From Balanoglossus misakiensis (lineage: Eukaryota; Animalia; Hemichordata): a DNA stretch of 64,000 nt. Shown piece after piece: positions 51,301 through 63,865 of this stretch. The notes below the pieces were generated by a model. It ran no database searches, was not told where the DNA came from, and worked only from the letters and a program-made list of their open reading frames with translations. The DNA is taken from positions 9,870,894 through 9,934,893 of the forward strand of contig CM082589.2 of assembly GCA_040954595.2 (NCBI GenBank). Direction: 5' to 3'. Position 1 is the stretch's first letter; each line of letters opens with the position of its first letter. Made by a program: the position numbers and the translations under genes.

Positions 51301-54300
51301 GTAAATTGTGAAGCAAGCTTGATGATGCATCAGGACAGATGGTGTTTCAAGCCCTTCACATTGACAATGGAATATAACGCATATGGGGATTTAAAGTTGA
51401 TTGAAAATCCCTAGGTTAATACATGGCCAAAAGCACTGTAATTTAAAATTGCAAATGCAATGGTGACATTGAATGTCATTCTTTGCATTAGGGGAAATGG
51501 CGTAGCAAGCATAATGGTACATCAGAGTAGATGGTGATGCAAGCTCTGCACTTTGACATAGATATTTAATGCATATGCATGGGTATTTAATGTCGACTGT
51601 AAATCCCCAGGTTAATATATGTCCAAAAGCACTGTAATTTAAAATTGCTAATGCAAGGGTGACATTGAATCTGATTCTTTGCATTATGGGGAATGGCGAT
51701 GCAAACCTAATGATGCATCAGAGTAGATGGTGATGCAAGCTCTGCACTTTGACATAGGTATTTAATGTATATGCATGGGTATTTAAAGTTGTCTGTAAAT
51801 TCCCAGGTTAATACGTGGCAATAAGCACTGTAATTTGACATTGCTAATGAAATGGTGACGCTGAATGTGATTTTTTGCATCAGGGTAAATTGTGAAGCAA
51901 GCTTGATGATGCATCAGGATAGATGGTGTTTCAAGCCCTTCACTTGACATTGGAATATAACGCATATGGGGATTTAAAGTTAATTGCAAATCCATAGGTT
52001 AATACATGGCCAAAAGCACTGTAATTTAAAATTGCTAATGCAAGGGTGACATTGAATCTGATTCTTTGCATTATGGGGAATGGCGATGCAAACCTAATGA
52101 TGCATCAGAGTAGATGGTGATGCAAGCTCTGCACTTTGACATAGGTATTTAATGTATATGCATGGGTATTTAAAGTTGTCTGTAAATTCCCAGGTTAATA
52201 CGTGGCAATAAGCACTGTAATTTGACATTGCTAATGAAATGGTGACGCTGAATGTGATTTTTTGCATCAGGGTAAATTGTGAAGCAAGCTTGATGATGCA
52301 TCAGGATAGATGGTGTTTCAAGCCCTTCACTTGACATTGGAATATAACGCATATGGGGATTTAAAGTTAATTGCAAATCCATAGGTTAATACATGGCCAA
52401 AAACACTGTAATTTAAAATTGCTAATGCAATGGTGACATTGAATGTGATTCTTTGCATTAGGGGAAATGGCGTAGCAAGCCTAATGGTGCATCAGAGTAA
52501 ATGGTGATGCAAGCTCTGCACTTTGACATAGGTATTTAATGGATATGCATGGGTATTTAATGTTGACTGTAAATCCTCAGGTTAATACGTGGCCATAAGC
52601 ACTGTAATTTGACATTGCTAATGCAACGGTGACATTGAATCTGATTCTTTGCATAAGGGTGAATGGCGATGCAAGCTTGATGATGCATCACGGTAGATAG
52701 TGATGCAAACACTTCACTTTGACATGGGTATCAAATGCATATGGGGATTTGCTAATGTTACCATGACACTAAATCTGATTTTTTGCATCAGGGAAAATGG
52801 TGAAGCAAGCTTGATGATGCATCATGATAGATGGTGTTTCAAGCCCTTCACATTGATATTAGAATATAATGCATATGGGGATTTAAAGTTGATTGTAAAT
52901 CCCCAGGTTAGTATACGGCCAAACGCACTATAATTTGACATTGCTAATGCAACAGTGACATTGAATCTGATTCTTTGCATTAGGGCAAATGGCGAAGCAA
53001 GCTTGATGATGCATCACGGTAGATATTGATGCAAGCACTTCGCTTTGACATAGGTATAAAATTCATATAGGGATTTCAAGTTGATTATAAATCCCTGGGT
53101 TAATATGTGGCCGAAAGCACTTTTATTTGCCATTGCTAATGCTATGGCGACACTAAATCTGATTCTTTGCATCAGGGTAAATTGTGAAGAAAGCTTGATG
53201 ATGCATCAGTATAGATGGTGTTTCAAGCCGTTCAAGTTAACATTGCAATATAATGCATATGGGGATTTGAAGTTGATTGTAAACCCGCAAGTTAATACAT
53301 GGCCAAATGCTCAGTAATTTGACATTGCTGATGCTATGGTGACACTGATTATTTGCATCAGGGTTAATGGCGAAACAAACTTGATGATGCATCAGGGTAG
53401 ATGGTATTTCAAGCCCTTCACATTGACATTGGAATATAATGCATATGGGGATTTAAAGTTGATTGTAAATCCCCAGGTTAATACATAGCCAAAAGCACTG
53501 TAATTTGACATGGCTAATGCTACTGTGATACTAAATCTGATTCTTTGCATCAGGGCATATAGCGAAGCATGCTTGGTGATGCATCAGGATCAATGGTGAT
53601 GGAGACACTGCACTTTGACATGCGTATTTAATGCATATGCACAGATGTTTAAAGTTGACTGTAAATCGCCAGGTTAATACGTGGCCAAAAGCACAGTAAT
53701 TTGACATTGCGAATGCAACAGTGACATTTAATCTGATTCTTTGCATTAAGGCAAATGGCGAAGCATGCTTGACGATGCATCACAGTAGATAGTGATGCAA
53801 ACACTTCGCTTAGACATGGGTATAAAAAGCATATAGGGATTTCAAATAGATTATAAATCCCTGTGTTAATACGTGTCCAAAAGCACTGTAATTTGACATT
53901 GCTTATGCAATGGTGACACTATATCTGATTCTTTGCATCAGGGCAAATGGCGAAGCAGCTTGATGATGCATCAGGATAGATGGTGATGCAAGCTCTGCAC
54001 TTTGACATGGGGATTAAATGCATGCTGAGGGGGATTTAAAGTTGTCAAAACAAACTTGATGATGCATCAGGGTAGATGGTATTTCAAGCCCTTCACATTG
54101 ACATTGGAATATAACGCATATGGGGATTTAAAGTTGATTGTAAATCCCCAGGTTGATACGTGGCCATAAGCACTGTAGTTTGACATTGCTAATGCTACCG
54201 TGACATTAAATCTGATTCTTTCCATCGGGGTAAATTGTGAAGCAAGCTTGATGATGCATCAGGACAGATGGTGTTTCAAGCCCTTCACATTGACAATGGA

Positions 54301-57300
54301 ATATAACGCATATGGGGATTTAAAGTTGATTGAAAATCCCTAGGTTAATACATGGCCAAAAGCACTGTAATTTACAATTGCAAATGCAATGGTGACATTG
54401 AATGTCATTCTTTGCATTAGGGGAAATGGCGTAGCGAGCATAATGGTGCATCAGAGTAGATGGTGATGCAAGCTATGCATTGTGACATAGGTATTTAATG
54501 CCTATGCATGGGTATTTAATGTTGACTGTAAATCCCCAGGTTAATACATGTCCAAAAGCACTGTAATTTAAAATTGCTAATGCAAGGGTGATATTGAATC
54601 TGATTCTTTGCATCAGGGCAAATTCTGAAGAATGCTTGATGATGCACCAGGGTCAATGATGATGCAATCACTAAACTTTGACACCGGGGTTTAAAATGTA
54701 TACAGGGGGATTAAAAGTTGACTGTAAATCCCCAGGTTTCAAGCCCTTCACATTGACATTGGAATATAACGCATACGGGGATTTAAAGTTGATTATAAAT
54801 CCCCAGGTTAATACATGGCCAAAAGCAATGGTGACATTGAATGTGATTCTTTGCATTAGGGGAAATGGCGTAGCAAGCCTAATGGTGCATCAGAGTAGAT
54901 GGTGATGCAAGCTCTGCATTTTGACATAGGTATTAAATGTATATGCAAGGGTATTTAAAGTTGTCCGTACATCCCGAGGTTAATACGTGGCCATAGGCAC
55001 TGTAATTTGACATTGCTAATGCTACCGTGATACTAAATCTGATTCTTTGCATCAGGGAAAATGGTGAAGCAAGCTTGATGATGCATCAGGATAGATGGTG
55101 TTTCAAGCCCTTCACATTGACATTAGAATATAATGCATATGGGGATTTAAAGTTGATTGTAAATCCCCAGGTTAGTAAACGGCCAAACGAACTGTAATTT
55201 GACATTGCTAATGCTACAGTGACATTGAATCTGATTCTTTGCATTAGGGCAAATGGCGAAGCAAGCTTGATGATGCATCACGGTAGATATTGATGCAAGC
55301 ACTTCGCTTTGACATAGGTATAAAATTCATATGGGGATTTCAAGTTGATTATAAATCCCTGGGTTAATATGTGGCCGAAAGCACTTTTATTTGCCATTGC
55401 TAATGCTATGGTGACACTGATTATTTGCATCAGGGTTAATGGCGAAACAAACTTGATGATGCATCAGGGTAGATGGTTTTTCAAGCCCTTCACATTGACA
55501 TTGGAATATAATGCATATGGGGATTTAAAGTTGACTGTAAATCGCCAGGTTAATACGTGGCCAAAAGCACAGTAATTTGACATTGCGAATGCAACAGTGA
55601 CATTTAATGTGATTCTTTGCATTAGGGCAAATGGCGAAGCATGCTTGACGATGCATTACTGTAGATAGTGATGCAAACACTTCGCTTTGACATGGGTATA
55701 AAAAGCATATGGGGATTTCAAGTTGATAATAAATCCCGATGTTTATACATGGCCAAAAGCACTGTAATTTGACATTGCTAATGCAATGGTGACATTGAAT
55801 CTGATTCTTTGCATCAGCGTAAATGGCGAAGCATGCTTGATGATGCATCACAGTAGATAGTGATGCAAACACTTCGCTTAGACATGGGTATAAAAAGCAT
55901 ATAGGGATTTCAAGTAGATTATAAATCCCTGTGTTAATACGTGTCCAAAAGCACTGTAATTTGACATTGCTAATGCCATGTTGACATTATATCTGATTCT
56001 TTGCATCAGGGCAAATGGGGAAGCAGCTTGATGATGGATCAGGGTAGATGGTATTTCAAGCCCTTCACATTGACATTGGAATATAACGCATATGGGGATT
56101 TAAAGTTGATTGTAAATCCCCAGGTTAATACGTGGCCATAATCACTGTAATTTGACATTGCTAATGAAATGGTGACGCTGAATGTGATTTTTTTGCATCA
56201 GGGTAAATTGTGAAGCAAGCTTGATGATGCATCAGGATAGATGGTGTTTCAAGCCCTTCACTTGACATTGGAATATAACGCATATGGGGATTTAAAGTTA
56301 ATTGCAAATCCCTAGGTTAATACATGGCCAAAAACACTGTAATTTAAAATTGCTAATGCAATGGTGACATTGAATGTGATTCTTTGCATCAGGGCAAATG
56401 GCGAAGCAGCTTGATGATGCATCAGGATAGATGGTGATGCAAGCTCTGCACTTTGACATAGGTATTTAATGCATATGCATGGGTATTTAAAGTTGTCTGT
56501 AAATTCCCAGGTTAATACGTGGCCATAAGCACTGTAATTTGACATTGCTAATGCAACGATGATATTGAATCTGATTCTTTGCATCAGGGTAAATGGCGAT
56601 GCAAGCTTGATGATGCATCACGGTAGATAGGGATGCAAACACTTCACTTTGACGTGGGTGTTAAATGCATATGGGGATTTGCTAATGCTACCGTGACACT
56701 AAATCTGATTCTTTGCATCAGGGAAAATGGTGAAGCAAGCTTGATGATGCATCAGGATAGATGGTGTTTCAAGCCCTTCACATTGACATTAGAATATAAT
56801 GCATATGGGGATTTAAAGTTGATTGTAAATCCCCAGGTTAGTATACGGCCAAACGAACTGTAATTTGACATTGCTAATGCTACAGTGACATTGAATCTGA
56901 TTCTTTGCATTAGGGCAAATGGCGAAGCAAGCTTGATGATGCATCACGGTAGATATTGATGCAAGCACTTCGCTTTGACATGGGTATAAAATTCATATGG
57001 GGATTTCAAGTTGATTATAAATCCCTGGGTTAATATGTGGCCGAAAACACTTTTATATGCCATTGCTAATGCTATGGCGACACTAAATCTGATTCTTTGC
57101 ATCAGGGTAAATTGTAAAGAAAGCTTGATGATGCATCAGTATAGATGGTGTTTCAAGCCGTTCAAGTTAACATTGCAATATAATGCATATGGGGATTTAA
57201 AGTTGATTGTAAACCCCCAAGTTAATACATGGCCAAACGCTCAGTAAATTGACATTGCTAATGCTATGGTGACACTGATTATTTGCATCAGGGTTAATGG

Positions 57301-58410
57301 CGAAACAAACTTGATGATGCATCAGGGTAGATGGTATTTCAAGCCCTTCACATTGACATTGGCATATAATGCATATGGGGATTTAAAGTTGAGTGTAAAT
57401 CCCTAGGTTAATACATAGCCAAAAGCACTGTAATTTGACATGGCTAATGCTACTGTGATACTAAATCTGATTCTTTGCACCAGGGCATATAACGAAGCAT
57501 GCTTGATGATGCATCAGGATCAATGGTGATGGAGACACTGCACTTTGACATGTGTATTTAATGCATATGCACTGATGTTTAAAGTTGACTGTAAATCGCC
57601 AGGTTAATATGTGGCCAAAAGCACAGTAATTTGACATTGCGAATGCAATGGTGACATTGAATCTGATTCTTTGCATTACGGCAAATGGCGAAGCATGCTT
57701 GACGATGCATTACTGTAGATAGTGATGCAAACACTTCGCTTTGACATGGGTATAAAAAGCATATGGGGATTTCAAGTTGATTATAAATCCCGATGTTAAT
57801 ACATGGCCAAAAGCAGTGTAATTTGACATTGCTAATGCAATGGTGACACTATATCTGATTCTTTGCATCAGGGCAAATGGCGAAGCAGCTTGATGATGCA
57901 TCAGGATAGATGGTGATGCAAGCTCTGCACTTTGACATGGGTATAAAATGCTTGCTGAGGGGGATTTAAAGTTGTCGAAACAAACTTGATGATGCATCAG
58001 GGTAGATGGTATTTCAAGCCCTTCACATTGACATTGGAATATAGTGCATATGGGGATTTAAAGTTGATTGTAAATCCCCAGGTTAATACCTGGCCAAAAG
58101 CACTGTAATTTGACATTGCTAATGCAATGGTGACACTATATCTGATTCTTTGCATCAGGGCAAATGGCGAAGCAGCTTGATGATGCATCAGGATAGATGG
58201 TGATGCAAGCTCTGCACTTTGACATGGGTATAAAATGCTTGCTGAAGGGGATTTAAAGTTGTCGAAACAAACTTGATGATGCATCAGGGTAGATGGTATT
58301 TCAAGCCCTTCACATTGACATTGGAATATGGTGCATATGTGGATTTAAAGTTGATTGTAAATCCCCAGGTTAATACGTGGCCAAAAGCACTGTAATTTGA
58401 CATTTCTAAT
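42400..58410. repeat. Satellite DNA, ~191-196-bp monomer (~80 copies) with higher-order duplications
   Basis: The gttaatac anchor occurs at 42465, 42661, 42852, 43048, 43226 and 43418. Identical spurious ORFs recur at fixed multi-kb offsets. Confidence 0.95.
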
Positions 58411-58414
58411 GATG

Positions 58415-58549
58415 GTGAGATGTTGTTTGCTCCCCAGGGAGTTGAATGGAATAGTAAGGTCCAACGACCTAGGTCAAATTACCATGGGACAACTTTAAAG
58501 CATGTTGAGATTTAATGTGCTACATAAGTTATAAATATTATATTAATAT
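58415..58549 (+). mobile_element. SINE 3' portion
   Basis: gtttgctccccagggagttgaatgg...aaagca..ttgaga..atgtgctacataag, homologous to 60340-60480 and 61052-61190. Confidence 0.55.
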
Positions 58550-59185
58550 TTAGGGGTTATTACACGAATTTTGGTCGATAACGCGTCGTATTCGAGTGAT
58601 GTCCGTATTTTGATGAGTTGCGCTTCGCAACGAGTCAAAATACAGACATCACGAGAATGCGTCGCGTTATCGACCAAAATTCGTGTAATAACCTCTTTAT
58701 CATACATGCCTACCTATAAAACAGTACGATTTGCAGAAATGCGCCGAGAAAAATAATTTCAAATTTGAACCGGGCGCTGGGATCACGGCAGTAGCCATGT
58801 TGTGACGTATGACGTGTGGGCCGTAGTATCATTTTAAGGGGGTTGGCAGCTTTCATTACGATGGGCACATCCACATTCTAAATAAAATTGTCTACGTTCT
58901 CTTTCAAAATATCATGTTAACAATTATTTTGCATTGAGAATTTCGAAGAACTAAAAATGATGCATTCAACATGACAAAACCGCCAGCTTTGAAAACTTTA
59001 TTACAGCTTCTAATAACCGAATTTTACAACACCCCTCTCCACTATGCCCCGTGTGTCGCTCGCGCGCGCAGTGAACTGTCACGCCGAGACGTGGACGCGA
59101 TATTTTCACATTGTGAAATACCGTAAAATATCTTCGGGGCGAGAACAATAGAAAGTGTTAAATACAGGCGTTGCATGTATGATAA
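58550..59185. mobile_element. 636-bp non-autonomous element with a ~140-bp terminal hairpin and asymmetric IR (Crypton-like), no TSD
   Basis: Perfect 31-bp arms at 58555-58585 / 58663-58693 plus an inner stem, and an IR ttatcatacatgc (58697) / gcatgtatgataa (59173). The element is absent from the paralogous site near 61188. Confidence 0.8.
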
Positions 59186-60143
59186 TATTACATAAACAAC
59201 ACTCTTACTTAGCTAAGGAAGTGGTCAGATGAAATATATTTGCAGAGCTGACCAATTCTTTAAGGAAAATTAAAGTTGGGTATTTTGGATGTATTCATAC
59301 CTACAAACTGTGTTATGTATGGGACGTTGATGTTGCCTAATACGTCTCCACATTAACTTGAATTATTAACAGCAGCTATACAAGGCAGCGTATGGAAAGA
59401 TCATTGTAAGACATACACAACACTTTTATGGAGCATGGGAAATGTTCATGAGAACTGTGTTCTCGGAGCTCAAAACTGTGTTATGAGAAATTCAAGCTGC
59501 TAAACTTGCGTGTCTCTAAATTTACTGAAACCGTGATAATGAGCAAAAGAAGGCAACGTATAGGAATGCCATTCTACCACATACTGTTACTCAACACTTC
59601 TATTAAGCATGGGAAATAGTATTGAGAACAGTATTCTCAAAGTTGACAAACTGTGTTATGTGTAGAATATCCAAATTGCCTAATTGGCAATCGTTAGCAA
59701 CCAGTTGTCTTCAAGAGGGTTTGGGGCACCAACCTCAACATGCTTTAAGTCTTTAGTGATCTAGCAAGTTAGCCTGCATATCGAGCAACTGTTAATGGAG
59801 TGAGTTGCTCAATGATAGGAAACTCCTTTGTTCATTTTCAAAATAAAAACCAAAAATGTGAACAAAACACACTGAATTATGTATGGGATATATGGGATTG
59901 CCTAATTTGCGTGTCTCCACATTTACTTAAACTCTCACAGGGAGACAAATGTCACAGCAGACGGAAAAATGATTATGCCACACACAGCACTTTTATTTAG
60001 CACGGGAACTGGTCTTGGGAAATGGGAGCTGACACACTGAATTTTTGGAAATTCAAAGAGCCTAGTATGCATGTTTCCATATTTGCTTAAACCCTGACTG
60101 AGAGCTGAACAAGGCACTAAATGGAAAGGTCATTGTGCCACAT

Positions 60144-60480
60144 AAAGTCATAGTCCAGTCGTTAGAGCATCAGACCCATAATCAAAGAATCAAGGGTTTG
60201 ATCCCTGGCATGGTTGTGGTGTTGTGGTGTTTACATCTCCTTGCCTCTCCCCGCCCATAAGAAAAGGTAATTTGGTGGATCCGATATTGTAATGAGTATG
60301 TTTAGGTCTGCTGTGCTGATATAAAAGCTGCACATGTGAGCTGTTGTTTGCTCCCCATGGAGTGGGATGGAATATTTTAGGTCCACCGACCTAGGTCAAA
60401 TTACCATGGGAAACACTTTGAAGCAGCACATTGAGATTTATTGTGTAATGTGCTATATAAGTAATAAATATTATATTGAT
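60144..60480 (+). mobile_element. Decayed tRNA-derived SINE with L2-like tail
   Basis: A-box-like tagtccagtcgttagagca (60151), B-box-like ggtttgatcc (60195), and a tail gcacattgag...gtgctatataag followed by an AT-rich end. Confidence 0.65.
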
Positions 60481-60560
60481 ATCATTACATAAACAACACT
60501 CTTACTTAGCAAAGGAAGTGGTCAGGTGAACTATATTCGCAGAGCTGACCAATTGTTTAA

Positions 60561-60891
60561 AGGGGCAAAGTCTCTCTTTCGCCACCATTGTTCAATTAAG
60601 TTTGATACATGAACCCATTTATGTTATTCTACATGTGGCTATATAGTGAATCAACATTCAACCAACAACTTTCATCCCGTTTGTAGAATCTGAGAGTAAA
60701 AATCTCGCAAAAATGAATAAATGGTAAACACCGATTATTCATTTTGGCGAGTTTTTTCATTCTTGTGTGTACAAGTGGGGTGGAAGTTGTGTTTGGTCGA
60801 ACATTGATTCACTATACAGCCAACATAAACGATGTCTTGTATCAAACATAATTAATGGTAAAAAGGGCAGCGAGAGAGACACTTTGTCCCT
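60561..60891. mobile_element. Kolobok-type foldback MITE
   Basis: TTAA|aggggcaaagt...actttgtccct|TTAA with ~160-bp inverted arms. The paralogous empty sites (~59260, ~61263) have a single ttaa. Confidence 0.88.
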
Positions 60892-60949
60892 TTAAGTAAA
60901 ATTCAAGTTGTGTAATGTGGACATATTCACATTTACAAACTGTTTTATA

Positions 60950-61690
60950 GTCACATGGGGATTAAATGCATATGCATGTGTATTTAAAGTTAACTGTAAA
61001 TCCCCAGGTTAATACGTGGCCAAAAGCACTGTAATTTGACATTTCTAAAGATGGTGAGATGTTGTTTGCTCCCCAGGGAGTTGAATGGAATATTTATGTC
61101 CAACGACCTAAATCAAATGACCATGGGACAACTTTAAAGCACATTGAGATTTAATGTGCTACATACGTTATAAATATTATATTAATATTATTACATAAAA
61201 AACACTCTTGCTTAGCAAAGGAAGTGGTCAGGTGAAAAATATTTGCACAGCTGACCAATTATTTAAGGAATATTAAAGTTGGGTAATTTGGACGTATTCA
61301 TACGGGTGTTGGTCAATGGAAAGTCCTTTGTTCATTTTCAAAATGGCAACCAAAAATGCGAACAAAACACACTGAATTCTGTACGGGATATTGATGTTGC
61401 CTAATTTGCGTGTTTCCACATTTACTTAAACTCTCACACGGAGACAAATGTCACAGCAAACGGAAAAATGACTATGCTACACACAACACTTTTATTGATC
61501 ATGGGAAATGTTCATGAGAATTGTGTTATGGTACTTTTCGGGGCTCACGAACTGTGTTATGGGAAATCTGACAAGGAATCTAAACTGTACCACATACACA
61601 ACACTTTTATTAAGCGTGGGACATGGTCCTGAGAACAATATTCTCAGAGCTGACAAACTGTGTTATGTGAAATTCATGTTGCCTATTTCA
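60950..61690 (+). repeat. Partial duplicate of 58330-60000 (satellite end, SINE tail and flank)
   Basis: The satellite/SINE junction gacatttctaa.gatggtgagatgttgtttgctccccagggag is the same at ~58400 and ~61040, and 61310-61500 matches 59810-60005. Confidence 0.85.
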
Positions 61691-61713
61691 TGATAATGGC
61701 TTGTGGTACACAA

Positions 61714-62315
61714 GGGTTAACAGCAATCAGCAATTGCTTGTATGATAGGTATGATGATCGATTTATAAATTTCAATGGTATAATAATGGGCAACACATGT
61801 GGAAGTGTTTAATAAACAGTTAACTAATGTGGTGATGGTTTGTGGTAAAATTGAGGGTACACAGATTATAATGGGCCAAAACAATGAATATAATAGAGGT
61901 TGATGATGGTGAAGGGTTTCATATGAATGGTGTAATAAAGGTTAACAAATGTGGTGATAGCTTTGGTGTACAGGGCTGTTGATATATTTAGTAATGACAA
62001 AGGTATAATAATGATAAAAGCTTAAATAAGTGTTGGGGCACAATCTTCACATTGGTTAATGTGTATATTTTATTAATATCATGCTATTGTTTATCAGTTA
62101 GATCATAATCAGGATTTTTCCATGCACATCGTCACCATGATTCAGCGGAATTCTTCTGAATAGTACCTGTGATCATTTTTCCGCACCGACGCATTGTACG
62201 CGACAGACATGCAGAAAATATTAACATGTAACTCACAGGCATAATGTTAAATCTAAACGACTGTACGTTAGGTTAGCTTTACCTCCCCACCCCATCCAAA
62301 TTCCAAATTTAGCTT
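61714..62315 (+). repeat. Diverged direct repeat, copy 2
   Basis: See 40940-41637. Both copies end at ccaaatttagctt. Confidence 0.8.
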
Positions 62316-62931
62316 GCCATGCAGTTTTCGGGTAGTACCAATTCGGAAACTTTCATGGTTCATTCATCGAACCAAATATTGGATTTGACACACTGTGCCA
62401 TGGGTGGGTAAAGCATGGTGAAATGTTGGCGGTAAACTTTAACCAGGCAGGTCACATGAAATGAAGATATTATCCTTTGAGTTTGATGACATACATGATA
62501 AGATATGTCAGTTTTGACACCTTTTTGCAGACATAGATGCTGATGTATTTTTTCCATTGGACACAGTAGTCAAAGTCCAGTCTGTGTTTAAAATGATACC
62601 CTGGTCACACACAGTGAGAAATATCAGCCTTTGACTTAAAGGGACAAAGTCTCTCTCTTTTTGCCTTTTTTCCATTACTTTTGATTCATTCAAGACACTG
62701 TGTATGTTATTTTAAATGTTGATATATAGTGAATCAACGTTCGACCACACACAAGTTCCATCCCGCTTGTAGACACGAGAGTAAAAAAATCACCAAAATG
62801 AATAATCGTTCTTTACCATTTATTCGAGCGCGGACGCGGGCCGGGCTTCGATCATTACCAATGTGCGCATGTGCAAGGGTATATACACAAAATGAAACGT
62901 CATACATATAATTATAGCTGTAGCGACAGTC

Positions 62932-63146
62932 ATGGCGGATGCTTTGGCGTCTGTTCCCAGTAGCAGTGGTAAACGTAAACGTGCTCGTGGCCGCCCACAA
63001 ACCACTGCTTCGGCAAAAAAACGTAAACAATTGCTGAAACAAGTAGGTCAGATAAACATTTTCTCGGAAATTCATCGTTGGAATGAAATCAAACGCTCCT
63101 TGGTATTGGAAACGAACCGCCAGGTCGCAAAGGTACTGATCGACCG
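62932..63146 (+). CDS. Exon 1 of transposon-encoded protein: NLS/AT-hook-like RGRP plus a helical domain resembling the ZNF692/ZNF653 N-terminus
   Basis: gtcATGGcg start context. Translates as KRKRARGRP...INIFSEIHRWNEIKRSLVLETNRQVAKVLID-R, ending at a CG|gtaagt donor. Confidence 0.7.
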
Positions 63147-63754
63147 GTAAGTACATATTCGTGCATTCACTGTGTACGTACTCCATAGCCAAAGATACGG
63201 CATGAATTGTGTACATGAATTTAGAATCTGTGTCTCACAGAATCACTGCGAGCATCATCTCAATGTAATTCTAAATGTGCTGTTTCAAGTCGTATTTCAC
63301 TTAGTGATTTTGCCCAGCGCATACCTCGCCCTCGACCAGCAGTTGTATGTAGTACGCTGGACCGTTTGTATCAATGTATGACTATGCGAGATAAATTGTA
63401 CGGTACTGCAATTTTTTTTTTTTTTCTTTTTTTTCCTCCGGACAATCTACATGTATTACTGTTATCGAACATACGAGACAATATGCTTTTAGCGGAATTT
63501 GGTTGTTCTTTGTTCTGCTACAACTTCCGTTTTGTTATAGCCAGTTGTGTACATTTCTTGAGCTGTATATGAACTGAAGAAAAATTTGGCTATTTTCTCG
63601 TAGTTATCTTATTCTCACCTTACGTGTCTGTAACCTGTCCTCTGAGGCAAATTATGGCTGTGTGTAATCCCTTCTAAAGACAGAAATTGGCTACGTAAAC
63701 AAGCCATTGTAAAGGCAAAAAAGGTTCATTGTGTCTTATTATTTGTGTGGACAG

Positions 63755-63865
63755 GTATTATGAACATCAAGTTACAGCAACAACAGATGCAGAATTTACC
63801 AGGCCTGCATCATCTCCAAGTGGCCAAGAAACACTGCAAGTATTTGCACCGTCTATGGAAACTAG
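63755..63865 (+). CDS. Exon 2 of transposon-encoded protein
   Basis: A phase-2 acceptor gacag|G restores ...LIDRYYEHQVTATTDAEFTRPASSPSGQETLQVFAPSMET, ending at an AG|gtacc donor. Confidence 0.55.

Noticed and set aside
42400-58410. Cys/His-rich ORFs in the satellite as a zinc-finger array
   Set aside because: There is no C2H2 spacing or linker, monomer lengths (191, 196, 178) break the frame, and stops are frequent.
42400-58410. Tandem C/D snoRNA cluster (TGATGA and CTGA in each monomer)
   Set aside because: The boxes are ~160 nt apart with no terminal stem, and TGATGA is explained by the tgatgcatca dyad.
60144-60215. tRNA gene
   Set aside because: The boxes are degenerate, there is no clean cloverleaf, and the sequence continues into a SINE body and tail.
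62734-63216. 160-aa minus-strand ORF
   Set aside because: It is the antisense shadow of the + strand exon and TIR, with no recognisable motifs.
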